Part shown: positions 25,566-39,084 of the stretch, piece by piece
Layout: every line of letters begins with the position of its first letter
Position numbering within the stretch: position 1 is the stretch's first letter
Source of the DNA: Paraspadella gotoi
Lineage: Eukaryota; Animalia; Chaetognatha
DNA length: 64,000 bases
NCBI GenBank assembly: GCA_051294375.1
Contig: CM119270.1
Coordinates: 19,085,953 to 19,149,952, forward strand
Direction of reading: 5' to 3'
Position numbers and translations under genes: made by a program
The notes under the pieces: generated by a model
Database searches by the model: none
Seen by the model: the letters and a program-made list of their open reading frames with translations, nothing else
What the model was told of the DNA's origin: nothing

Positions 25566-28500
25566 GCGCGCGGGGCCGGGCGATCACCTTGCGAGACAAC
25601 CTTGTCCCACCGACCGGGCGAAGTGACCAGAAGCAAAGTGGATTTGGTTTGATTCGATTTGGTTCCAGAAGAGAAATTTTGACGGCCAGACATGCGATCG
25701 TTGGGAGTAAAGGGGAGCGAGGGAGGAAATGGAGGCAAGAAAAGGAAAGAGACGAGAAAAGGAAAGAGACGAGAAAAGGAAAGAGACGAGAAAAGGAAAG
25801 AGACGAGAAAAGGAAAGAGACGAGAAAAGGAAAGAGACGAGAAAAGGAAAGAGACGAGAAAAGGAAAGAGACGAGAAAAGGAAAGAGACGAGAAAAGGAA
25901 AGAGACGAGAAAAGGAAAGAGACGAGAAAAGGAAAGAGACGAGAAAAGGAAAGAGACGAGAAAAGGAAAGAGACGAGAAGAGGAAAGAAGAAGAAGAAAA
26001 GAAAAGGAGGAAAGGGAAAAGGAGAGGAGGAAGAAAACAAAAGACAAGAGAGGTGAAATATCAAACGTCTGTAAACGAAACGTTAAAAACTTTAAAAAGT
26101 TGACAATAGAAATTAAGAAAGAAATCCGCGTCCTTCACATTCGAAGACGCGAAATGTGAACCGACGTCGTGAAAGTCCTTCACTCTTGGACGGCGTGAAA
26201 GGGGAAGGCTCTACAAAAAAAAAAATAATGGCTTCGTGCGCATATGGCCATCATTCTTTCTTTCTCTCTCTCTCTCTGTCCGATTGAGGCGGTGACAGCG
26301 AAAAGAGGGCAACGTCCTTTTTTTCTCGCTCGATTGATCGATCGATACGACGAAATTAAAAAAAAAAATGAAAATCCTCAACCAAATCTTGTTTCGCGAT
26401 GGCGTCATTCGGCCCGCTGGTTTTTTTTTCTTTTTCTTTCTTTTTAATCTTCATTTTCTAGTTTTTAATACCATCTTTCTATCTTTTTACAATTATTTTT
26501 CTATCTTTTCTTTCCTTCAGTATTCTTTCTCTCCAACAACAACAACAAAAAAAAGAACCAAATCGATAAGAAGCCCCCGACTAATACGGATCCTAAAGAA
26601 AATCTGGATTCCGCGCAGCAAAGTTCGTTGACATTTTTAGGAAGGCGACGCATTTCTCGGCGTTTCGCTGGGAAAAGGTCCTCGAAAAGGTTTCACCACC
26701 ACCGAAATCGAACGCGAATCATTTACATCCGGTTCCGGATTCAATTCGTCGCCGGTATTATGCGATTTGCGAGCGAGAATGGAACGTCGTTGGCCTTAAT
26801 GGCCGAAGGGGGGGGAGGGGGTGGGGAGGTTGAAGCAGAAGGTGCGGCGGCGGAGAGGGGGGGGGTTGGCGCAGGCCATATCCGTCAAAACGATGAGGCA
26901 TTTCGTCCTCGTTGAATGCCATGCCACGTCAGCCATTCTGTTTTAACGGCGATATCGGCGAGGATAACAACAACAAGGGCGAGCAAATCGAGGGTAATAG
27001 GCAGAACTTAACAGAGATGACGACGACGACAACAACGTCAATCGACGTATTACATTAACCAATGAGCTCAAAGGGAAACCTCTCTCTTTGCAATACATTC
27101 AAACTGACTCAAACTCAAACGGTTAACCGCCAGAACGTCAAATTTTCGAAATGTTTTTGGATATATTAAATTCATTAAAAGAAGATCCACTTTAACTTTT
27201 CACACACTCACACACTGGCACATCTATTCACACATTCACGCTCAAAAAACTCACCGTCAAAGTCGGTGTAGAGTTTGTCCTTCAAGATGGCGCCGGAACC
27301 GAAGTCGATGAGTCTCAAGTCGCCCGAGCGAAGGTCGACGAGCAAATTCTCGTCCTTGATGTCGCGATGGATGACGGAACAACGATGACAGGCGATGACC
27401 GTCTCGACGACCTGCTTGAAGAAGTGGCGGGAGATCTCTTCGTCGAGAGAACCCTTCTCCGTGATGTAGTCGAAGAGGTCCTTGACCTTTTCATGGAGGA
27501 AAGATGGTGTAATTAGGGGTAGGAGATATACTAACAGTACTAACACGTATATACAATGAACTAATATTATTGCTACTGTCTTTCTCTCTGATATATTAAT
27601 ATACTAAAATCATGGTCCACTTGCTTCAAAAGAGCCTAAAATATAATGTTTTACTATTGCTAATCATCATTATTCCTCGTACCTGCTCAGGTCGCTGCAT
27701 GATGATGAGAAAGTTGCCGTCTTGAGTCTTGAAGGCGTCCAACATCCGAATCACTCCGTCAACTTGAGAGACTTTGGACAATAAGATAATCTCCAACGGA
27801 ACCACCTCGCCGTTTAGCTGAAGGAAATGAGAGATGAGGAATAAACAGAATTTCACCAAAATAAACAAAGAAAATAGAGAGAGAGAAAAAAGAAGGAAAG
27901 AGAGAAAGAAGACTTGTTTCGTTTCTATGGTAACAAAAATCGGGGATAATCTTCAACATATGCATTTTTCCCCTTCAATTAACTTTCTGACAGACTTTTC
28001 AAAAAATGCATCAATAAATTATGGACTGAAAAAAAAATTGCATTGCAAATCTGATGCATAATTTTCTTCCTTTTTTTTTCCAAAACAACGCACGTTAGTC
28101 AACGACTGCGGAAAGAGTAAATATTCAAAAGACCCCAAAAACCAAAAAAAAACCCTGTCAATTCTGAAAAACTGGAATCGAAAAAAAAAGAGGAAATTTA
28201 AAATTCAAAAAACAGAAAAGGGGAAAAACGGCAAGAATCGCGGAACCAGGCAAAGACGTCAGTTTTGCGCGTACTGGACGAGTCTTTCCCTTACAAAGCT
28301 TCTTAATCCGGGGAAATGTCAGTTGAAGAGACCAGAAAAAGAGGAAAAATCTCATTCTCAACTTTTCGCCCCTCTCTCTCTCTCTTTGATTCCGCGTTTC
28401 AAAAAATCTTCATTTGCATGAACCCGTCGAGAATAAGAAAGGGATTTTTTCCTTCCTCTATCTCTCTGTCTAGCTTTTGATCACGACCAAAGCCACGAGG

Positions 28501-31500
28501 CTTGCCAACACTAAAAAAAGCCTCAACTATGCGCCTCTCTCTCTCTCTCGCCGCCGAGGCCGAGCCTTAAAAAATCTCGTACACCACGTGGAGTGTCGTG
28601 GCAAGAGAGAGAGAGAGCGAGACGATTGGAGGAGGCGAGATAGAGAGTCCGACCACAAACCGATTCAGGGAGGGATCGCATGAAAAAATGTTATCAACTC
28701 GTTTTTAATTTTTTTCTTTTTCGAAACTTGGAGGGAAATATTAACGAAGTTTTAACGAACAATGAGAGAGAAAGTGGGTTAATTGGTAACTAGTAACGGG
28801 AGTAACGAACAAAGATGGCTCAACGCATCCATTCCCTTTTTTTCCCGCCAGAATAGGTTTAACCGTTAAGTGCAAGAGAACTCCTCTAATTCGAGAATAA
28901 CTTTTAAAACTCTGGGCTCGGCGGGGGCGTTCTTAGGAGAACAAGAAGAAGAAAAACTTAAATCCAATCCCAAAAATCCCGGCTGACTTTTTCTTTCTTT
29001 TCTAAACATTCAAAAGAAAATAATGTGCGGGTTATGATTAATTTTGTTAAAAGTTCGTGGGAACTTTTTCACGCCCGGGCGCTGAGAATGAGTGATATTT
29101 CTTCTCTTTGATGTATGTTGTTGCTTTTCTTCTGCAGGGAGAGAAGAAACAAATCACTGTCTTCTGTTTTTATATCAAAAGTAAAAATCTACAAACGCCG
29201 AGTCAGCGATACTCCGGGTCAGAAGGGGATTTTAAAAAACTGGCAACGTGGCTCAAAACATTCGAAGCCACGATAGAAAGTTTTTATCCCCCAATCGACT
29301 CTGAAAAATAATTTTCTCAAGCAGAAGTAGCGACATACGTATATAGCAGATATAAACGAATAATATATAGTTTAAAGTAAAAAAGTTTGAACTGTCGGTT
29401 AATAACTAAAAGGCGTGTCCTCCGAAGCGCCACTAAAAACCAATCTGGCCGTTTATTTCTGGCGGTTCCCTCTTTGTGATCGACATTTTCTTAATTGAAC
29501 GGGGGAGTTTCAATTTGGCTCAATCAGCGATCTCTCGCTCTCTCTCTCTCGAGCTATAATTCGGAAATATTCAAGAAACAATATACAAACAGACGCCCGA
29601 ACTTTTTTTTTCCGAACAGGGGCACACCGCTCACTTTTTAAATAGCGGGTTCTCTTTAAACAATAAACGGAGACAAAACCCTCGAAACAAAAAAGGCGAA
29701 TGAGAAATGAGCAGGTGGTCGCCCGAAAATTCGATTGCCGGCCATGAATGGAAAGATGTTGGCCATCGAGGAAAACTCGGGGACCAAATGGCGGACCCTT
29801 TCGCTTAACCAAATCGGAGGGGCGGATGATGAGAAGGGGGCTTTCGAAACATGCACGACGAAGAGTGAAAGATGAGCACGCATTTTACGTGCGCGGTACA
29901 CGCAGAGTGAGAGGCACGCGATGCGCAAAATGGATCGTCCTTTTTACGTAATGAATTAAATATATATTCCTTTTTTTTATAAATCACAAACGGAGATAGT
30001 ATTCTTTTTTTTCACTCGATTTCGCATGAGAGAAAAACTAATCTTTTTTTCGGGGGGGTCCGATTATTAAAGTATCATGCAGTCACTTTTATGTTGGTAA
30101 CCGGAAGAAATTATAGCTTTCTGGCACGAGATAGAGAGAAAGAGGGAAAGAAAATGCCGAGGAGAAAAGAATTAAGTCCGGGAAAAAGTTTTCAAAACTT
30201 TTTAAATATATACTTCGACTCGGAAAAAGAAAAAGTTTGAATAACATTTGGAGAAAATGTAACAAATGTCACTTTAGAGTAAGTCGAAACAACTTTGTAA
30301 CCATTTGTGACTTACTCCAATCCGCACCGATTGCTTGACTAAGGTGGCTGAGCTTTAAAAGTCTGAGCGATGGAAGAAAAAAAGAAAAAAAATTTAAAAT
30401 AACAATTGAGGTAAAACTAACAAAATTAATGTACACCGAGAAACAATACCTTTAAAAAGACTGAATGGTAAAGAAGGTATCCAAAAACCCAGAAAGGATT
30501 TGAACTTCCTGCCGTGGAGTTAGCCGGAACTAGCCAGGTTCCTCCCAATCTCTCGCTCGTTTTGCACATTCCTAGGATACTACCTCAAAGTTACAAACCG
30601 CCGAAAGCTGCTGCCAAGATTTTCCCGACGTCGCCAACAACGTAAACTGAGCGGACAAGATTTCCTGTCTGGGAATTTTTTCGAGTGAACCGGTGATTCA
30701 CTCGCCAGAAATGTTATCTCGAAAGAATTCCGAGATCTTTTTTTAAAAGAAAAAGTTTTTTTGTATTCTGTTATAATTATTTCGATGAGAAAAGTTAAAC
30801 TTGTCTAATGTTTAAAAATAGCGGGGAAAGAGAAAGGGAGAAACCCAAACCCTATTTTCCTTCTTCGCCCGGAAGCTAAACTCCTTAATTCGTCGAGAGG
30901 GAAAAGACGGAAAAGGGGGCGACGGGGAGAGGGAGTGGGGGCGGCTGAGAGCCAAGAATGCGACCTACATTTGGGGCGAACCCTTCCTTTTGGGAATAGA
31001 GGTCCACGGCGGCCCTCAACGCCCCTTTTTCACTCCAGTTCCTCATCGCAATGACCTTTTCATAATTGTAAGAATGTCACTTCCTCCCGCTTTTTTCCAT
31101 TCACGCTTTCACCTTCAACTCTCCCTCGCATTCACGCACGATCACCGGTAGAGTTCACTGCGAGGGCGTGAGATCCTCGGCCTTCGAGAGAGAGAGAGAG
31201 AGAGAGACGCCTCGAGTCGTAATCGTAATCGAGTCGTGAAGGGGCCTTTGTGAGGGGGAGAGGCAGAGAGAGAGAGAGAGACCCTCTTTAAGTAAAAAAT
31301 AACTCCTCGGAAGGTCTCGACCTTTGAGGTTTTTCGAACTGGAAGGAATGAAGCGATTTCGAACTCGAGAGAAAAAGTCAAGATTTTTAAACCAGAATCG
31401 AAAGGAAAATTTTTCGTTATAATAAAGGACAAAGAACCAACTGATTTTTCTAAAACGCGTTCGTTTAAATCAAAAAGCCGGCTTTACGACATGACGAGCG

Positions 31501-33667
31501 AATCAACCGGCCGAAATTCTACCCGCTTACAATTTCAATCCACTTGTTCCCCTTTTTACGCGAGTGCGAAAAGTAATTCGATTAATAATCCTTCTAACCC
31601 CCCTTTTTTTACGTAACTACGCGAGAGGGCGCGGTTTTTATTTTTCAGAACAAACCAATTTTCTGACTGGTCGGTTTAATTATTCAATTAGTTCGTATTG
31701 ATTTCAGGCGGGACATCCGTTAAAAGGGAAAATGAGAGAAGTATCGTGTGCCCTTCATAGTGTCAAAAAGAAAAAGCATCGAGGAAAAACCTGGCGGAAG
31801 AGAGAGAGAGAGAGAGAGATAGAGATCCGAGCCCTCGACCTCCAGACACGAGACGGGATGTTTCCCTAAGAACCAAAAAAGTCAGGTGCAAAGGCGGCGG
31901 GAAAAGAGGAGGGACGGCGGTTTCGAAGAGACAGAGAAGAAAGAGAGACGAATGGATGGACGGACGGACTTCCGTTCCTCATAAACAAAGTCATGTTGCC
32001 ATGCTGGCGACGAGAGGGGAGGGAAAAAAGACGACGATAACCATTCTTTTTTTTTTTTTTTGGTCCGATTTCGCAATTCTTTTGCCGAGGACAAAGTACA
32101 GAGTTTTGGTCGGTGCAAATTTCTGCGATGTTGCGGTTTGATAAGATGGGATGAAATGATTGAGCAATAAAAATAAAAATTTCTTGCGATATCAAGCGGA
32201 AAAGACATGAACTTGTACATTTCCTTGGTTCCATTTGACCTTTACGCTTTACACTGTCAGGAATAGATTTTTGCAATGATTGTATTTAGAAGCTTGATGA
32301 AAAAATATTCCATCGCCTCTTTCTGGCAAGGTTCTCACATACATAAATATTACTCTCAATCAAATTATCAACTTTTGTTTAGTTCTATTTTTAATCTCCC
32401 AAGTTCCCAACGCCTGGTGCTTGGCGGGAAGATCTCTCTCAGCGAAACACAAAGGAATTTCTAACTTTTTCGGTTTTCGAAAAGAGAAAAAGAGAAAAAG
32501 AAAAAAAGTGAAACAGAGTAAGAGAGGAGAGAGGAGAGAGAGAGAGATAAAGGAAATTCCTCAAACCCCCTTCGCAGCCGCAGCCGCCGCCGGGGGGAAA
32601 TCCCGCAGCTGCCGGGCCGCGGCGGCGGGCAGCCCCTCGGCCCCGGAGGCCCAAGAGTCGCGAGAAACAAAGAGAAGAAAGGAAAAAGGAAAGGAAATTT
32701 GGGGGGGGGGGAAATGAGGGAAGAAAGGAAGATGAACAAAGAGAAAAAATAGGGGACGACAGACGGAGAAACAGAAGGCACTTACCAATCCCCAATCGGG
32801 AACTTTCTCTTTCAGCACGTGTTTTATGGCGACCTTAGGGAGAAAGAAATTGAACGATTATTTTCCCTTTGCTATTTTTATATCATTTCCACTAACGATT
32901 ATCTGTTTTTTTTTTAAAAATAGCCTGTTAACGATTAACCAGTCAATCTGGTTTCAATTCGAAACGACCTCAACGGAATTAACCAACTTTTTTGCGACTT
33001 AAAACCTCATTTCCTTCTGAACCCAGGGCTAATCCGAGACAAAGACAATTGCCCTGCCATCTAGTTTTTCTTACTATTATCAGTAATGTTATTATTAGCA
33101 TTTTCTGATTAAATCTCAGCAATCCTTACCGGATAGTTGTCTTTTTGTCGAGTTCCGGAGTAAACTGTCCCGAATCCGCCGGACCCGATCACTGATCCGC
33201 ACTGGTAAGTTTTTGAGAAGGTGGCGTAATCTTTCACTGTAACAAAGAAAGGGGAATTTTACACATGGTTGTTCACGCGCTTTCACGCTGATTTACGGTA
33301 TCTGACATTTACCAGATGAAAATAATTTCCTGAGGGAAGGCATGTGTTATTTCCTCATTCTTTTATTTCTTTACGTATTCGTTAAACCGAAACAATCCCA
33401 TAAAAAACCAGGAGATAAAGAACAGATCTTATGATCGTGATAATCTACCGATGATTCAACAAAAATTCTGGGCGGAGCTCAAGCTTACTTACAGAAACTA
33501 AGGAAGAGACATCACGACTAACCCCCAACAAACTCGGAAAACAAATTCTCCCCCGCCACGGTTATATGATTCAAAGAAGGTTTGGCCATTTTTCGAAGTT
33601 CGATCTTTTAAACTAGAAAGTTTTTGAAAGAACGGGTTATCAATGAGTCAGACCCGCGTTACCAAAG

Positions 33668-33731
<64 letters not shown>

Positions 33732-35031
33732 CCTTCACATGACAAGATAAGACCCAAGAATCCAGATAGGACTGGTTTCCAAAACGAACCGAGCCTCCTC
33801 TTCGATGTGGCTCTTCTCGTATAGAACCCGACCATCCCACATTCTTGGATGAAAGATAAGCGTCCAATCAACAACAACGACGACAAACGTAACCGATCGA
33901 AGCTTTGGGCTCCGTAAACCGTAAACCTAAATCTTGACCCCGTCGTCCCTCGTTACGCTCGGTGGTCGAGAAGGAAGATTTGGTGAAAAGAGGAAGAGTT
34001 AAGGGAAGGTGATAAGGTAAGGACTTTGTGGATGGCGATGAGGGAAAGTTAATGATTAACGAGGAAATGGAGATATAAAACCGGTAAGTTGGAAAAATTT
34101 GGGTTTTAAGGAAAAGTTCAACCTAAAATGGGAACATCTTTCGCTCGAGTGGAAGATAACTGATAAGAATTGTCGTTGTCAGAGAATAACTTTTTCTCTT
34201 TAAAACGTTTGTCTTTTATCATTTTTATTAATGGGATATTACATTCTAGCAATATGTCCTTTTGAAGTACAATTAATCGGAAAAGAGAAAGTTCAACAAT
34301 TAATAACTTTTTGATTAAGTAAACCAACTTGATAAACTTTAAATTCTTACCCTTTAAACTTGAAATAAAAAAAAATCTATAGTTCAAATTACTCTGCCAA
34401 AATAAACTTAAACCGGCGTTTTGAGGCTTTATCGCATAGTTAACTATTCAACAGCCAAAGTCAGCGAAATAAAAGAAACTAACCAAAAGATAAATTTATA
34501 AGTCATAAAATAGGCACACGACTACAATGAACTTTGATCCGACTTATGGAACCGAAAAAAATTGATCGTAAAGTTTAAAACAATTCCATTTCATATCCCG
34601 GAATAATAATCAACGATTAAAGTTCAAGGCTGCTCTTAAAATTAATCGAAGATTTTTCTCTCCAACACGAAATGCGGAACCAGAAAAAAAACCCATTGGT
34701 CCGAAATTTCAAAGAAATAAAATGGCAGGTAATTTATAGAATGGGGGGGACAGACCAGGCGTGAGTAACACGTAAACCGAACATAAAGGATATTAATGGA
34801 GAGAGAAAAAGTCAAGCCTTAACCAACTTTAACCCAAAAAAAGCCACAATAACCCTTCGGGTAACGACAAAAAGCGACGAAAAATCAACGCCCATCAAAT
34901 GAAAATACGAGGAAATCGAAACTGCAAATGGAGTGGCGAACTAAAGTGAGTTAAACCTTACCCGTTCTTGACTGATCCTCTATGCAATGGGCCGGTGACA
35001 GGACCGTTCCACGGTTGCGTCGCGAAGTCAT
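23105..35031 (-). CDS. PIM: Pim-family serine/threonine protein kinase, 7 coding exons, 354 aa
   Basis: join(34962-35031, 33130-33236, 32786-32833, 27683-27817, 27255-27486, 23476-23812, 23105-23240) = 1065 nt, all introns GT-AG with consistent phases. Motifs: [92 protein letters not shown]. Confidence 0.95.
23476..23812 (-). CDS. PIM: Pim exon 6
   Basis: [41 protein letters not shown]...ILQHPWL...; cacAG / GTTTGT. Confidence 0.95.
24265..24375. promoter_or_regulatory. Candidate intronic promoter/enhancer in Pim intron 5
   Basis: Three CACGTG E-boxes (24268, 24303, 24338), GC-boxes (24273, 24364), CRE-like CGACGTCA and TGCGTCA, and a CCAAT, all within ~110 bp. Confidence 0.5.
25739..25980 (+). 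repeat. 17-bp minisatellite (GAAAAGGAAAGAGACGA) x ~14
   Basis: Near-perfect tandem copies. They explain the spurious 17-aa-period ORFs in the track. Confidence 0.95.
27255..27486 (-). CDS. PIM: Pim exon 5 (HRD, DFG)
   Basis: [12 protein letters not shown]...[10 protein letters not shown]...[19 protein letters not shown]; donor GTGAG. Confidence 0.95.
27683..27817 (-). CDS. PIM: Pim exon 4
   Basis: [45 protein letters not shown]; ttcAG / GTACGA. Confidence 0.93.
32786..32833 (-). CDS. PIM: Pim exon 3 (catalytic Lys)
   Basis: [16 protein letters not shown]; ctaAG / GTAAGT. Confidence 0.95.
33130..33236 (-). CDS. PIM: Pim exon 2 (Gly-rich loop)
   Basis: [35 protein letters not shown]; ttacAG / GTAAGG. 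Confidence 0.95.
34962..35031 (-). CDS. PIM: Pim exon 1 ([23 protein letters not shown])
   Basis: ATG at 35031. Donor GTAAGG in phase 1 matches exon 2. Not a conserved region, so less certain than the kinase exons. Confidence 0.7.
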
Positions 35032-35662
35032 TTCGAAGATACGGGTGGGCGGAGTCACGTCCGAAAAAAATTTGATGCCTAGAGATAAAAATCCAAGATG
35101 TGTTTTTTTTTTTAAAGTTTTTTTTCTTCGGTTTGTTTTTTTTCTGTTGTTTCGTTGGTAAGTACTTTCGGGTTGTTTTATTTTTGTTTCGCGAAGAACG
35201 AAGAGACAAAAGATATTTAAATTGGAAAACAATTGTATCTATGGTGTGAAGCGTTTCCTATTGACTCTTTCAATTTTAGTTTTCTCGAAGAGACGAGAGC
35301 GAGAGCGAGACGATAGGGGAATTCTCTAGAGACGACCAGAGAGTTCGCGGCAAAATAACGAACAATTTTTAACGAACAACACGTTTTTTATACGAAACGC
35401 GCGTTCGGTGTTTTGACGATGCAGCGTCGAAGAGCTGTGGTGTTTCTCGTCGTCTTAGTCGTCTCTTGGTTTTTATTTTAGTCTCCGTCGCAACGGGAGG
35501 AAACGCGGAGTCTGATAGAGACTGAGACACGTGAAGCTCTCTCTCTCTATCTTTCTCTCTCGGTTTAAGGGGCAGCAACCGTCGTCGCTTCCTGCGTCGT
35601 CGTAAGGACTTCGTCGTTCTCGTCGTCGTCGGCGGAGGAGGATCGTCGCTTGGATCGTCGTC

Positions 35663-35797
<135 letters not shown>

Positions 35798-36129
35798 CGA
35801 TTTCCGACCAATCAGACGGCGAGGAGGGAAAAGCTAGAGAGCGAGAGAGGGAGAGAAGGAAACAAAATATATAGGGAAAGAAAGAGAGAGAGAGAGAGAG
35901 ACAGAGAGATGCAGCAAGCCGAGCCAGGAAGAGCCTTTAGCCTCCCAAGGTTGCAGGGTTGCGTACGATGTGAGCTGGGGGGATGAGCGGCTGGTAAGTT
36001 TCAGCCGAGATGGATTTGCGTCGCAGTCAATCAAGAGCACAGTTGCACTCAGCGATCGAGAGCTCAGAAGCTCTTGCAAAAAAAAAAAAAATCTTAAAAG
36101 CATAAAGATCGAGCGCTTTCGATAGTAAC

Positions 36130-36350
36130 CAAAATATTGATGCGATGATAACCAAATATTTTATATGCGATGTAACCAAATATTGACGCGATGATAACCA
36201 ATAATTGATGCGATGATAACAAAATGACTGATGTGATGATAATCAAATGATTGATGCGATGATAGTCATTCATTGATATGATGATAATCATTCATTTGAT
36301 ACGATGATAGTCATTCATTGATGCGATGATAGTGATTCATTGACGCGCTG
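36130..36350 (+). repeat. Degenerate ~21-bp minisatellite (TTGATGCGATGATAACCAAATA-like)
   Basis: About 10 diverging units. Confidence 0.75.
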
Positions 36351-36359
36351 AATCATTCA

Positions 36360-37500
36360 TCGTAAATAAAACAAACAAATGCGTGTATGAGTGAAAGAGA
36401 GAGAGAGAGAGAGAGAGAGAGGAGGAGAGAGGACTGGACAGTTTTCCCGCCAACGAAACGCATTATTAGGTCTCTCTCGTTTAATAAAGAATAATCAGAA
36501 TTTTTTAGAAAAAAAATCCACGAAAATCTCGGATGTAAATTTGTGATTTTGTATTGAGAAAAAAGCGCGGAATAAATGGCGATAATAAAAGTTTTTAGAA
36601 GGAAAAAAAAGAGAGGAGAGAGAGAGAGAGAGTGGGAGAGAGGGAGAGAGAGAGAGAGAGAAAGAGGGAGGGAGAGTGAGAAGAGAGAGAGAGAGAGAGA
36701 GAGTTTTCCCACCAACGAGACGCATTATTAGGTCACTCTCGTTTATATCGGTTATCCGTTGCCTCGCAACGGCGTCGTTAAATTGGGTCTATGTTGATTT
36801 TTTTTTATACACGTAACGCGTTATTAGGTCATGTTCCTCGACATTGTTTACTTGTTGCTCCGCAACGACCACGAAATCTAGGTTAAGTAAGTTATTGTAT
36901 TTTGGGATTTTGTATTGAGATAAAATAATAAATGGCGATAATAAAAGTTTTTAGAAGGAAAAAATCCACGAAAATCTCGGAATAAATGGCGATAATAAAA
37001 GTTTTTTAGAAGGAAAAAAAAAAGAGAGAGAAAGAGAGAGAGACGAGAGAGAGAGAGAAAGAGAGATAGAGAGAAAAAGATTGTTCTTTTTTTAGGAAGA
37101 AACCAGACCGAGGTCAAATTTAATATTTCATATTTAATTAATTTATAAATAGTTATCACAACTCAATAATTATTATTTAAAAAAAAGTTAAAAATGATTA
37201 AATATATACACTAAAAATATTTATAAAATATATACATAATTATCGCATACATAATTCTATCTATCTCTCTTATCAACTCCTATTTTAGATATAATTTGCC
37301 AATAGTGGGCCAACCGGTCCAAAGTTGTAATAATAAATAAAAACAAGAGAGAGAGAGAGAGAGAGAGAAGAGAGAAAAACCGAATTTCTTTCCATTATAT
37401 CTCAGATATAAATTGGGATTTTGTATTGAAAAAAAAAGCGCGAATAAATGGCGATAATAAAAGTTTTGAGAAGGAAAAAAATAATCAGAATTTTTCAAAA
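36360..37500 (+). repeat. Local partial direct repeats interleaved with GA tracts
   Basis: AATAAATGGCGATAATAAAAGTTTT recurs at ~36570, ~36925, ~36980 and ~37443. CCAACGARACGCATTATTAGGTC recurs at ~36450 and ~36712. Confidence 0.75.
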
Positions 37501-38142
37501 AACGAACGATCGTACAGAGTGAGAGAGACAGAAAGACAGAAAGAGAGAGAAAGAGAGAGAAAAAGAGAGACAAAGAGACAGAAAGAAAGAGAAAGCTGGA
37601 AGCCAGCTGAACATCACTGCAGAACCTGAACTCGTTTTTTTAAGGGTTCAGAAAAAGCAGCAACTGATAAATATATTTTTTTTTTTTTTTTTTTTTTATT
37701 AATACCAAAAACAGTATTGACATAATCATAAACAGTAATAGTGTAAAAGACTGGAAAAACTAAACTATGTATTGAAATTCAATAAAAACAAAAGACCCTA
37801 ACATTTAAAAGACTGGAAAACAAGTAAAAACTAAACTACATATTGAAATTCAATAAAAACAAAAGACACTAACGTTTTAAAATCATTAATAAATGTTATG
37901 AACTAATTCATAAGAAACTATAAAAAAAAACTTTAAAATCATTAAAAATGTTATGAAACTAATTCATAAGAAACTATAAAAAATAATGTTCAAGAACGTC
38001 ACTGATAAATATAGGAAAGAAAATCTTATATATAATTTAAAGAAAATAAAAGAAAGGCAAAAAATATGTTACAATTGTTTACAATTGGAAATTTTTCCAA
38101 TTTTTTCCAATCGCAGCTTGTAAAGATTTAATTTATATTTGT

Positions 38143-38438
38143 ATTAAAATTAAGATATAGCTTCTCATTAAAAAAATCCTTTGAGTTCCCATTTTTATTA
38201 AAAATTTAAAACAAATTTTTTTGAATTTCATCTTCAATATTATATACTGCAATATGTAAATTAGATTAAAGCATTTCTATATACTAATTTGGATATTATA
38301 AGGAGTACTTTAATCTCATTTGCATATTGCAGTAAATCATAATGAAAGTGGAAATTCAAACAAAAAATACTTAAATCCAAATGTAATATGAAAATATCAC
38401 AGCTATTTCAAGATGAAAAGCCATATCTAAATTTTTAA
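38143..38438. mobile_element. Foldback (palindromic) element, probable old MITE
   Basis: Imperfect inverted arms of ~140 bp centred near 38290, e.g. TACTGCAATATGTAAATTAGATTAAAG versus CTTTAATCTCATTTGCATATTGCAGTA. Short related matches at ~18713 and ~43420. Confidence 0.65.
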
Positions 38439-38567
38439 CTTACTATGATCGCACACTTTTGTAAAACTTTATTATAATTCATAATAATTTTTATTTAAAA
38501 AAAAACGGTAAGTCACAGCCAAACCTATAAAAGCGTAGTAGTTTTTATATATGAAAACAGCGTGACG

Positions 38568-38600
<33 letters not shown>

Positions 38601-39084
38601 TACGTCACAAAGAAGCAACCCTAAAACATTATAGAGCCTGACCCCGGCTTCGCCGGTCAAGGCTCGATAAAAATTGGTTTCCGCCAAAGTTTTGATCGCT
38701 GACGAAAATAACGAGTCGAGGTTGATAGTACGTTTGGTAGAATTGTAGCCGTCAATTGTCGTTAATGTAAATTATTGACAATGTTGTTTATTAAAATTAG
38801 GACAAGAAGTAAAACGCTAACTGAGTACTTTATAGCATTTTGATATTTAAAAAAAAAACCGATTGGATACAATTTTTATATTCTATTTCTATGTATTAAG
38901 GCGGGCCAAAATTGATCACTTTTTATCATGAGGAGTTCTGTAATATAAAATTCATTTGTCCATCATATACGTAATCGATATTTACTATTACTTTTTTAAC
39001 TAGTTAAGCACAGTATAATATTAAAGCCTTTAAATATTTATTAATACATCGGCAATGAAACCAAATTTTTTTAATAATTTTTTT

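Noticed and set aside
24893-26159. Long ORFs of up to 384 aa with 17-aa periodicity
   Set aside because: Products of the 17-bp minisatellite and GA tracts within Pim intron 5. Open in several frames on both strands.
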